Shown one piece after another: positions 54,969-64,000 of a DNA stretch of 64,000 bases. Both the position numbers and the translations under genes were made by a program. Each line of letters opens with the position of its first letter. The first letter of the stretch is position 1. The notes beneath the pieces are model-generated. The model saw only the letters and a list, made by a program, of their open reading frames with translations. It made no database searches and was not told the DNA's origin. Source of the stretch: Diplonema japonicum (taxonomy: Eukaryota; Protista; Euglenozoa: Diplonemea); contig OZ025665.1 in NCBI GenBank assembly GCA_964019335.1, forward strand, positions 248,001 through 312,000, written 5' to 3'.

Positions 54969-57900
54969 ATGTCCGTCAGGGACCTGCTGGGGCTGCTTGG
55001 GCTGGTCGAAACAAACCCTGGCCCACCCAAGAAGCTGCCGCCCCCGTCGCCTAAGGGTCTCAAGGTTGTCTCGTGGAACTGCAACGGCCTCGTTGCGAAA
55101 TGGACCGTCGTATCTCGCCATGCTGACTTCTTGTCGCTGGACATCATCATGATACAGGAGACGCACCTGAGGGAAGGGCACGACACGCCACACCTGCCTG
55201 GGTACAGGTCATACAGGAGGGATCGGTTGACACCGGTGACTGACGGCACTGCGACGAGGGGTGGTGGTATTGTCACGTATGTCCGCGACGATCTTGCCTC
55301 GGAGGAGGTTCCGCACGTACTCCCGGCTGGGGACTGTGTCACTGAGAGACTGGATGTGAGGATCTCCTGCGAGAAGCGTGAGCCGATCACTCTCTCCAAC
55401 GTTTACCTTACACCGGTAAGCGCGAGCAGAGGCACGAGGGACCCTGAGTACCTGCGGCCTGGCAGCCTTCCCATGGGGAAGAACACAGTCATAGCGGGTG
55501 ACTTCAATGCTCACCACAGCTCCTGGGACGCCACGGTGACGACGCCGAACGAGAGGGGGAACGTGGTCAGGGACTGGCTGGACACCCACGGGTACTCCGT
55601 CTACAACGACCGCAACGAACCGACGAGGGACTCGTCACGACACGTTCTGGACCTGGTTGTGGGGCGCTGCGCGAAGCTTGAGCCGAAGACGCTGGGCACG
55701 TGGGGCTCCGATCATAGTCCCGTATCCTTTCACCTGCCTCTTGAGGACGTCTACCGTTCGGAGCGCCCCTTCCCCACCTGGAATTTCAAAAAAGCCAGAT
55801 GGGATGACTACACTGCTGCTGTTGCCCGCCTGCTTGCTGGTGTTGACACGGCGGCTCCGATTGACTCTGTCACGAAGGGGTTTACACAAGCCCTTTTGAC
55901 TGCGGCGAACGACCACATTCCCCTCTGTGGGATGCGACGTGGCCCGACCCCCTGGTGGACTGCTGAGCTCGAGGATGCCTTCGAAGAGCGGAACACCCTG
56001 CGTGAACTCCTGCTTCAAGAGGCGGACGTGGTGGAGGAGTACAGGGCGAAGGTGAAAGAAGTCAACCGACTTCTTGACGAGACGAAGCGTGAGGCATGGG
56101 GAAGGATGGCGGCCGACCTCAGCCGGAGCAAGGACCTCGGGGCTGCGTTCAGAGCGGTGAAGAAGCTGGACGGCAGGCACCGAAAGACACACCTTCCTGT
56201 ACTCGAGGGAAGATTTGTGTCGGACAAGGCGAAGGCCGACCGGCTGGGGGCGCACTTCGCTAAGCTCTACGGCAGGCGTGGTGACGGGAACTCGAAGGAC
56301 GCCGCTCCTTCTGCAAGCAGACTCGGGTGTCAAGCGTTCACCGTGGACGACCTCACCCGCGGCCTGAGAAGGATGAAGACGCGCAGCGCGGCCGGGGAAG
56401 ACGGAATCTTCTCGGAGATGCTCCTACACCTGAACTCGGACTCCCTCGGTGTTCTCCTTCTACTCCTCAATCGCTCCTGGCTGATGGGTGTCGTCCCCGG
56501 CGCCTGGAAGAAAGGAGTGATCGTCCCGGTACCGAAACCTGGAAAAGATGCGACTCTCTTGGCTTCCTACCGGCCGATCTGCCTGACCAGCTGCCTCTGC
56601 AAGCTGCTGGAGAGGATGATCGAGGAGAGGCTCACGTTTCTTCTTGACGCGGACGGGACGGGAGTCGAGGGACTCCACGACAGCCAGGCTGGTTTCAGAC
56701 GCGGCCGCTCCACGGAGGAGCAGGTGGCAACCCTCACTGAGTGCATGTCGAGGAACAAAGACGATCGACGTCTCTCGGCCGCTCTGCTGTTCGACTTCTC
56801 TTCTGCCTTCGACCTGGTGCCCCATGGTGCCCTGCTGGACAAGATGCGAGGGAAGGGTCTCCCCGAACCCTTCGTGGAGTGGACGCGGTCCTTTCTATGC
56901 GGCCGTACTGCTGCGGTCACGATTGGACGGTCGAGGGGGTCGACGACGAAGGTGCGACGGGGTGTCCCCCAGGGCTCTGTCTTGGGTCCCATCCTGTACA
57001 CCATCTACGTCGACGAACTCGCCAGGAGACTGGAGGGACTGGCGGACGTCTCGGTGCTCTACGCCGACGACGTGGCGGTTGTGATCTCCTCTGGACAAGG
57101 GGACGTGGCTGGGCTGGAGCGGAAGGCGCAGGCAGTGGTGGATGCGGTTGAGGACTGGTGCAGGGAGCGTGACATGCTGCTGAGCACGTCCAAGACGCAG
57201 GCAGTCTGCGTCCCCCCCCAGAAACGTCTCGGGGTCTACTTCACTTCGTCACGAGTCCCCCTTCAGCCAGGTGCCTTCCAGAACCCACTCTTCGGCCTGG
57301 GGGTGAACGCCGATGGCACGATCTCCGGGGACCAGGAGCTGGCGGGCCTTCAGGTTGTGGAGGCGGGTGGTGTGCGGATCCGCTGCGTGCGGGACATGCA
57401 TGCAGCCGTGCGACGGCCCGACGTGGACTACGTTGCGGCCCGTCCCCTGCCTCTGTCTGAACACGCGAGGTACCTTGGGGTTACGGTGGACTCTGGGCTC
57501 ACGTTCGGTGAACACGCACAGGACATCCTACGGCGGGCCAGCAAAAGGCTGAGGGTGCTGAAGCTCTTGTCCGGCACGTCCTGGGGCAGCAAGAGGGACA
57601 CTCTGCGGTCTCTCTACGTTACGTACATCCTCCCGCTGCTGCGCTACTGCATGGGGGTCTACTACAGCAGGCTCGATGATGTCGGGAGGAAGGACCTGGC
57701 TGGGCTTCACCAGGAGGCGGCGGTGCTGATCACGGGCTGCTGGAGTGGCTCCGGAGGGTACAAGCTCCTAGCTGAGGCAGGACTGCTTCCCCTCGAAAGA
57801 ATGGCTGAGGGTGCTGCGGCGACGATGACGGCGAAGGCCTTCTGCTGGCAGTCTTCCCCGGTTCACAGGGAGACGGTCAAGCTGAAGCAGGCGAACAGGC

Positions 57901-59116
57901 TGGGGTGTGGGTGGCTGCGCTCTGGCTACCAAGCACTGCGTCGATGCGGGTTGGAACCAAAGGTGCACTTCGAGTACCTGTCGGCTACGCCCCTGGCGGC
58001 CCCGTGGCAGACAGGCATGGTCGACTTCAGGACTGACCTCCCCGGCGGGGTCACGCGATCGTCGCCAGACGCGGACAGGCGGAAGGCGGCCGAGGCTGCT
58101 CTTGCGGCTCTCCCCCCGGGCATCCATGCCTACACGGATGGCTCGGTTGTACAGGTCGGACAGAAGGCGAAAGGTGGCTCTGGGGTTTATCTGCAGCTGC
58201 CTCCCCCCCTGACCCCTGTGTCTGTGTGCCATGGCGTCAACGACTTCTGTTCATCTTTTCGGGCAGAGGGCATGGCTGTGAAAACGGCGCTGGATATGGT
58301 GGCTACCCTCCGAAAAACACACCCTTCGCTGGCGAAGTCCCCGCTGTCGATCTGCACCGACTCCCTCTCCCTCGTCGAGCAGCTGCGAGCTGGCCCAACG
58401 CGACAGAGGGAGAAGCTCGACCACCAGACGTGGGCCGGCTGGTGTCCGCGGCGCGCACGCAGGGGACACCGGTGGTCCTCCAGTTTGTGCCCTCCCACTG
58501 TGGGGTGGACGGGAACGAGAAGGCTGACGCTCTGGCCGGGGAGGGAACGAAGCGGAAGCAGGACAGGCCCTCCCTTGACTACCGATCAGTGAGGGCCCTG
58601 GTGCGACGGTGGGTGGTGCGGAGGTCCGCGGAGCTCATAACATCCCTCGCCCACAACTACGCGGTGGCGACCGAGCTTCGGTCTGCGCACTTCCCCCTTG
58701 GCTTCCCCAGACAAGCTGAAACGGTCATCTCGCGGCTGCGGATTGGTCACTCGGCTCTCTTCTTCGGCTTCCTGCAGACTGCTGGCCCGAACAGGAAGCA
58801 CAAGGGTGTGCTCCGGTGCCCAGCCTGCCACGCAGCACCGATGTCCAGGGAGCATGTTGTCGGTGGGTGCCCTGTGATCGGGAGGGGGGCGATCGACACT
58901 CCTGCTGGTACTCCCTCCCTAGCGTTCTCCCTGTCGAGACGCGTGACCCAGATCTACGACCTCATTGTTGAGTCTGGCCTGCTCGCCTGGTCACGCTCCG
59001 GACTGTTCACCTCGCCATCATCCCTGGCGTCTACAGACGTCACTGCACCTTCAAACGTGCCGCCTCCTCCTCCGGTCTCTCTTGACGCCGGTCCCGCGGC
59101 CCCCGTGCTGCGCTAA
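54969..59116 (+). CDS. Family A ORF2: 2A-like peptide + APE + RT + RNase H + CCHC (frameshift near 58433)
   Basis: GLVETNPGP; SWNCNG, IQET, GDFNAH, GSDH; GVPQG, YADD; YTDGS, TDS. It continues in the frame of ORF 58226..59116 (VPSHCG..NEKAD, CPAC..H..C). Confidence 0.92.
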
Positions 59117-59567
59117 GGGATCGCCCCGTGTGTGTGTGTTAAATGGAATGTTGTGTTTCCCACTTTCCTTTCCCTTCCTTCTCCTTCCTCTCACTGTTTC
59201 CCATTTCCCCTTTTATTTCACACTCACCAATGATTCGCTCAATAGGAGCAATACCTCCCTGGGGGGCTTTCCGCCGGAGGTTCCAGCCAAAGAAGGACAT
59301 CCAGCTGGAAGGTAGGCCCCCGTTTTTCTCTCACTTGACTGAGGGAATAATGTAATTCAGCCCTCTTCGGCTGTCCCAAAGCAGAGCACGGGTTGGTGGG
59401 GGACCAGGGCTCCTCCTGCTTGCAGAAGCCTGGTCCTTTGCCCTCCCTATTTCCCCATGGTTTCCCTTCACCTTCTTTTCCATTTTCTCAGGTGTTGCTC
59501 TCCATGGCGGCCCTGCATTGGTATTTTGAAAAAAAAAAAAAAAAAAAAAATAAAAAAAATAAAATAA

Positions 59568-59684
59568 GGGGGTTGGGGTACACATAAAAAAAAGAACAAC
59601 AACATGGTGTGAAGTATCCTGCGCTGTCCTCCTCGTGGTGGCCCCTGGGATCGCAGGCCAGGGAGGGCTGTGGTGCGAAAGCGC
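59568..59684 (+). ncRNA. HDV-like self-cleaving ribozyme (5' end of element G)
   Basis: P1 GGGGGTT/GGCCCCT, J1/2 hairpin GGGGTAC/GTATCCT, P2 GCGCT/AGCGC, P3 CC/GG around L3 TCCTCGT, P1.1 GG, P4 ATCGCAG/CTGTGGT, J4/2 G-C-GAA with catalytic C at 59676. Confidence 0.82.
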
Positions 59685-59829
59685 GAAGGCGTGTCGGGGA
59701 GGGTGCCGGAACGAAGACGGTCTGTTTGGCACAAGCCGCTATCGGGGCACCGGTAGCGGGGGTGTAAGACCACTCAGACTCGGTCTGAGCAAAAGGCATT
59801 CTCTCCCATCGCGCGGCGTGTGCGTGGTT

Positions 59830-60310
59830 GCGTGCGGCGGCGACACCCACCGTTCCTGTTCATTCCACCAGCGTCGAGAGGCTGAGACCGACCTCGCGCA
59901 CAGTGGAGGCCACAGGTTGTTCCCGGCGCCCTTGTAGCGTTGTCAGTCCTGCCCCAACTGAAAGGCCAGTCAGGACACAGGCTAACTGGGTACAGGTACT
60001 CGGACAACGGTGGGGTGAACAGGAGCGGTGGGTTGTGGCTGGTGTCGCTGGTGAGTGGCGTACGGTTTGTTTGTGCTGGTTCCGCTGTGTTGTGGTGTGA
60101 TGCGTGCGGCGGCGTCGCCCAGTGTTCCAGCGTACCCCATCCGAGAGTCGTGAGGCTGAGACCGGTCTCGCGCGAAGTGGAGGCCACAGTGTTGATCCCG
60201 GCGCCCTTCAGGCAATGACCGCCCTGTCGCAACTGGAAGGCCAGACAGATCGGTAGCCGAACTGGGTACAGACAAACGGATCGACGGTGGGGTGCACGGG
60301 GACACTGGAA
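59830..60310 (+). repeat. Two diverged tandem copies (period ~271 bp) of a structured module inside G
   Basis: TGCGTGCGGCGGCG...GAGGCTGAGACCG...AGTGGAGGCCACAG...CCCGGCGCCCTT...AACTGGGTACAG...ACGGTGGGGTG occurs from about 59829 and from 60101. Confidence 0.85.
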
Positions 60311-60918
60311 GAGAACTGGTTGCGGTGGAGGTGCTCTAGTCTGTCTGTGTGGCGTGTGCTGCTGGGAGCGAGGCGTGCTGTGCCGGGCCGGCAAGAAGTA
60401 GAAGTAGATTTAAACTTTTTTAGTAATAGTACTCTCATCCCCCATGTCTTCCCTTTTTATTTTGCCCTGTCGTGCACCCCAACTTCTTTCTTCCTCTCTG
60501 GTTATGTTTTCTTTACAATTTTATTTTCCAAAGGCTCCACAGCCCAACAAAACCGGCTGAAGGGGATGCCTCCGTGCCGGTGTGCCTACGAGCACTGACG
60601 AGGTACCCCACCCCTTGAAATCCCGGAGGTTCGGCCAAAGGGTGCTGTTGTGCAATGCGGGCTGGTGAGATGCCGAGGGACGTTGAAGGTGGGCACAGTT
60701 GCGAACGCTGGGAGCCCCCGGGCCTGCCCACCTCCCGCCTCGGTACGTATGGATAGTTGTGGGAGGGTTTTCTTTTACAAAAAATTTTGTCAACCCCTCT
60801 TGTTCCCCCTTTCACTTGCAGGAGGCCCTTCAGGCCTCCTGCGCCTATCCCTCCCCCCCAGCCTTTAGCTTCGCACGACAGTGGTACATTTATTATTATT
60901 ATTAAAAAAAAATTTAAG

Positions 60919-61000
60919 GGCGAGATGGCCGAGCGGTCTAAGGCGTTGCGTTAAGGCCGCAATCTCTTCGGAGGCGTGGGTTCAAACCCCACTCTCGTCA
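60919..61000 (+). tRNA. tRNA-Leu(AAG)
   Basis: Acceptor GGCGAGA/TCTCGTC, anticodon arm TTGCG-TTAAGGC-CGCAA, variable arm, GGTTCAAACC, T6. Confidence 0.95.
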
Positions 61001-61120
61001 CTTTTTTACGTTCTCCCGTTGATCAGGAAAAGGCCAAAATACCGGACACAAGCCGCAAATTTGCAAAGAAAAGAAAAGAAACATGTCCAGATACCTTGTT
61101 TCCACCCGTTTCAGTTGTCC

Positions 61121-61193
61121 GGGGGTGTAGCTCAAATGGTAGAGCGCTCGCTTAGCATGCGAGAGGTAGAGGGATCGATGCCCTCCATCTCCA
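61121..61193 (+). tRNA. tRNA-Ala(AGC)
   Basis: GGGGGTG/CATCTCC acceptor, CTCGC-TTAGCAT-GCGAG anticodon arm, eukaryotic Ala-type T-loop ATCGATG, downstream T-run. Confidence 0.95.
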
Positions 61194-61449
61194 TCTTTTT
61201 TTTTTCCCAGGTCAAACTTTAGAAGTGTCTAATTTTTGTGTTTGTTCTTTTCTTCTCTCCCATTTGACATCATTTCAGTGTGGAGCCACTTCATGGATGT
61301 AAGCGCTTGACCACACAATGTTCACTTGTCGAATACAATGCTGTGGCGTGGGTGTGGACAGACTTGACAAAGGCAAAACTGCATCTTACGATGCGCCACC
61401 ACCTTGACAGCGATAAAACCGCAAAACCTTATGTCCGTCCGTTTCAGTT

Positions 61450-64000
61450 GAAGAAGAGGCCTGCGACACCGCCCTCCCCATGTCGGACTCTGACACCGAC
61501 GAGAACACGGCCCCCGCTCCCGCACCGGCCCCAGAGCCTCGCTGGGATCTGGTCCCCGACACGTGGGACGCCCCCATCTACACCAACACTGCTCCCCCTG
61601 AGGAGGTGCCCCGCGCCGTCGTCGCTCTCGACGACCTCCAGCAGGTGGACGCGATTCGCACTGCGAGGCCCACGGCCTCCCTGACCTTCGTCCTCTTGAC
61701 GGAGGTTGCCGGTTCGACCACCCCATGCACCGTCATCGTGCTCGCCGGCCAGCGTGTCGTGCACAAGGCCGTGCACACCTTCTCGGTCGGGTCGAACCCC
61801 CCCTCCTACACCCCACTCGCTTCTTTCGATGGCGGCTCTGAGGTAGTGTACGTCAGCGTGAAAGCTGACAGCGTGAACGCGGCGAAGGCCAGGGTTCGGG
61901 ACCTCGTCGCGACCCAGGGCGTGGCGGTGGAGGAGCAGGCGATCTTCCGCCCGAAGAAGATCGACGGGAACGAGCCGCGGGCGCGTCACTGGAGCCACGA
62001 GGTGGGCCTGCGGCTCCCGGCGGCATCCGTCCATGCGGTACTCCGGGCCTCGGGCGACGGCTGCATGGTCAGGACGACCGAGCGGCGCGGGGGGTACACC
62101 TACGTGCCCATCGTAGCGGAGGGGAGGGCGGAGGCCTTCCAGCTGGCGAAGGCACTGGGCGGGTTGTCCCTGGGGGTGGCCCATCGCAAGGGTTGGACCG
62201 TGAGGTGCCTGCCGGAGACGGAGCAGCGTCTGAGGGAGGCCCTCGCCAAGCAGAGGACAAAGCGACGGTACCTGCTCACCGGAGCCCCGCTGTCTGTTAC
62301 CAGGGCAGCCTTCGACGGGATGATGGACCACATCGGTTGGAAGCCGTCGTCCATCATCCGACGCTCTGACACGGCGTTCCAGGGCACGAGGCAACTCGTG
62401 TTCTTCATCGTCGCCGACGCCCCGCCCCCCAAGGCCAGGACATGGCTCTTCGGCTCTCGTCTCGTTCGACTGCACGACGCGGAGGACCACCCGAGCGTCA
62501 CGCTCCCGCCCCGCACCAACAAGAAGGCTCCACCCGCGGCTCGGACGCCGGTTGCGGCAACCACGGCCCAGACGCCGACGCCGGCCCCTGGCCCCACGGT
62601 GCAGTCCACAGGGCTGCCGAGCACCAATCCGGTCATCTCCACCGAGCTCTGTTGCCCCTCCGCCACTTGGCACTGTGACTCCGGTCTCCTCTGCGGCTTC
62701 CCCGACCACGACAACTCCCCGTGACTCCCAGAAGAAGAATCCCGCACCGGAACCTGAGGTCCCGGCGCTCCTCGCGCTGATCCAGTCGATGCAGGCGACC
62801 ATCGACGGTCTGCAGGCGACGGTCCGCGACCTCCAGGAGAAGATGGCAGCGTCACTTGGCGCGCCGGCGTCATCTGCAGACGGAGCTGGGCGGACGGCAG
62901 TTGCTGGGAAGGGCAAGGGCGGCAAGGCTGGGTCCAAGGCAGGGACGAAGGGGCACCAGGCGCAGGGCGTAAGCACGCCAGGCCCCTACCCGACATCGAC
63001 GGAGCAAGGGGGCGGAAGGGGACGCGCCCAGTCGCTGGCTGGCGACTCTGCTTCCCCCAACGGGGCCGGCCGTGGACGGGCAGCCTCTGTGGGCCCGGCC
63101 CCCGCCCCTGCCAATTGAAGGGGTCCCGCTGAGCAGGGGGGGCGTCAGATCGACGACCACGCCCCCTCTCCTGGTCTCCCGCGCATACAGCCGAGGAGAC
63201 ACCTTCCACATCACTTGTACGACGTCCTCCCTTCCTTGATCCCTTCCTTACTTGAACGGATGTCGGCCAGGGACCTGCTGGGGCTGCTTGGGCTGGTTGA
63301 GACGAACCCCGGTCCACCTAAGAAGCTCCCACCCCCGAAGCCGAAGGGACTCAGGGTCCTGTCCTGGAACTGCAACGGTCTTGCCGCCAAGTGGTCAACC
63401 GTGTCCTACCACGCTGTCCTACTGACGCTGGATATCATTATGATCCAGGAGACACACCTTAGGGAGGGGCATGAGACACCATACCTGCCTGGATACACGT
63501 CCTACAGGAGGGACCGCACAACACCGGTGACGGACGGCTCTGCGACGAGAGGCGGTGGTGTCATCACGTATGTCCGTGACTGCCTTGCCTCGGAGGAAGC
63601 TCCTTTCGTACTCCCTGAAGGTGACAGTGTCACCGAGCGATTAGACGTGAGGATCTCCTGTGTGAAGCGCGTCCCGGTCACCCTCTCCAACGTGTACCTC
63701 ACGCCTGTGAGTATAAGCAGAGGGACAAGGGACCCCGAGTACCTACGGCCGGGCAGCCTACCTGTGGGGAAGAACACGATCGTTGCTGGCGACTTCAACG
63801 CACACCACAGCTCTTGGGATGCCAAGGTGACAACGCCCAACGAAAGGGGGAACGTGGTCAGGGACTGGCTTGACACCCACGGCTACACGGTCTACAACAA
63901 CCGTGACGAGCCGACGCGGGACTCACCGCCATGCGTTCTGGACCTGGTGGTGGGACGTTGTGCGGAACTGGAGCCGAGGACGTTGGGGACGTGGGGCTCT
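61450..64000 (+). mobile_element. Family A2 (diverged A relative), 5'-truncated, continues beyond the window
   Basis: ORF1 pieces 61480..62724 and 62552..63118 are homologous to A ORF1. TGA at 63116-18 is followed in frame by MSARDLLGLLGLVETNPGP from 63260 and an APE domain running to the window end. Confidence 0.9.

Larger units (their letters stand above)
51912..59550 (+). mobile_element. Near full-length family A non-LTR retrotransposon
   Basis: The ORF1 frame is open from 51912 to TGA 54825-27, followed by in-frame ORF2 (APE-RT-RNaseH-CCHC), a ~410-nt 3' UTR and poly(A). Confidence 0.93.
59568..60912 (+). mobile_element. Element G: non-coding, non-autonomous retroelement with a 5' HDV-like ribozyme and a B-type 3' UTR, 6 nt upstream of tRNA-Leu
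   Basis: No RT ORF. 60440-60904 aligns with the B 3' UTR 22280-22744 (CCCTGTCGTGCACCCCAACTTCT, GAAGGGGATGCCTCCGTGCC, CCTCGGTACGTATGGATAG). It ends in (TTA)n-A9. Confidence 0.82.

Noticed and set aside
58425-58445. Identical frameshift in RNase H of both long A copies (also near 43028) as a programmed frameshift
   Set aside because: It lies in TGGGCCGG with no slippery heptamer, and A' reads through in frame (HETWELLVAAAR). A systematic homopolymer error or inherited lesion is more likely; it needs read checking.

Overview
Eukaryotic (protist-like) genomic window in two parts. Bases 1-19.4 kb hold five intron-less, co-oriented minus-strand host genes: an IQ-repeat protein, a MORN protein, a secreted sulfatase, a TTC13/SRFR1-like TPR protein and a giant GTPase + SecA-like helicase fusion. 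This layout suggests a euglenozoan-type polycistronic cluster (inference). Bases 19.4-64 kb are a six-gene tRNA cluster (Met, Glu, Ser, Ile, Leu, Ala) inflated to about 40 kb by stacked non-LTR retroelements (APE-RT-RNaseH-CCHC, Ingi/I-group-like; my labels A, A', A2, B, C, D, F) and two non-coding non-autonomous elements (E, G). Main candidate system: five of six tRNA genes carry a co-oriented element whose poly(A)/(TTA)n tail ends 4-10 nt upstream of the mature tRNA. Serial target-site duplications show different families repeatedly hitting the same position. E and G start with canonical HDV-like ribozymes and borrow the 3' UTRs of autonomous families. Family A appears to express ORF2 by in-frame UGA readthrough (coding-conserved 47-codon spacer, covarying hairpin) followed by a non-canonical 2A peptide (GLVETNPGP). 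Families B and C have canonical 2A peptides, and F has an overlapping start/stop. Several frameshifts lie in homopolymers and may be sequencing errors. All alignments and folds were done by eye.
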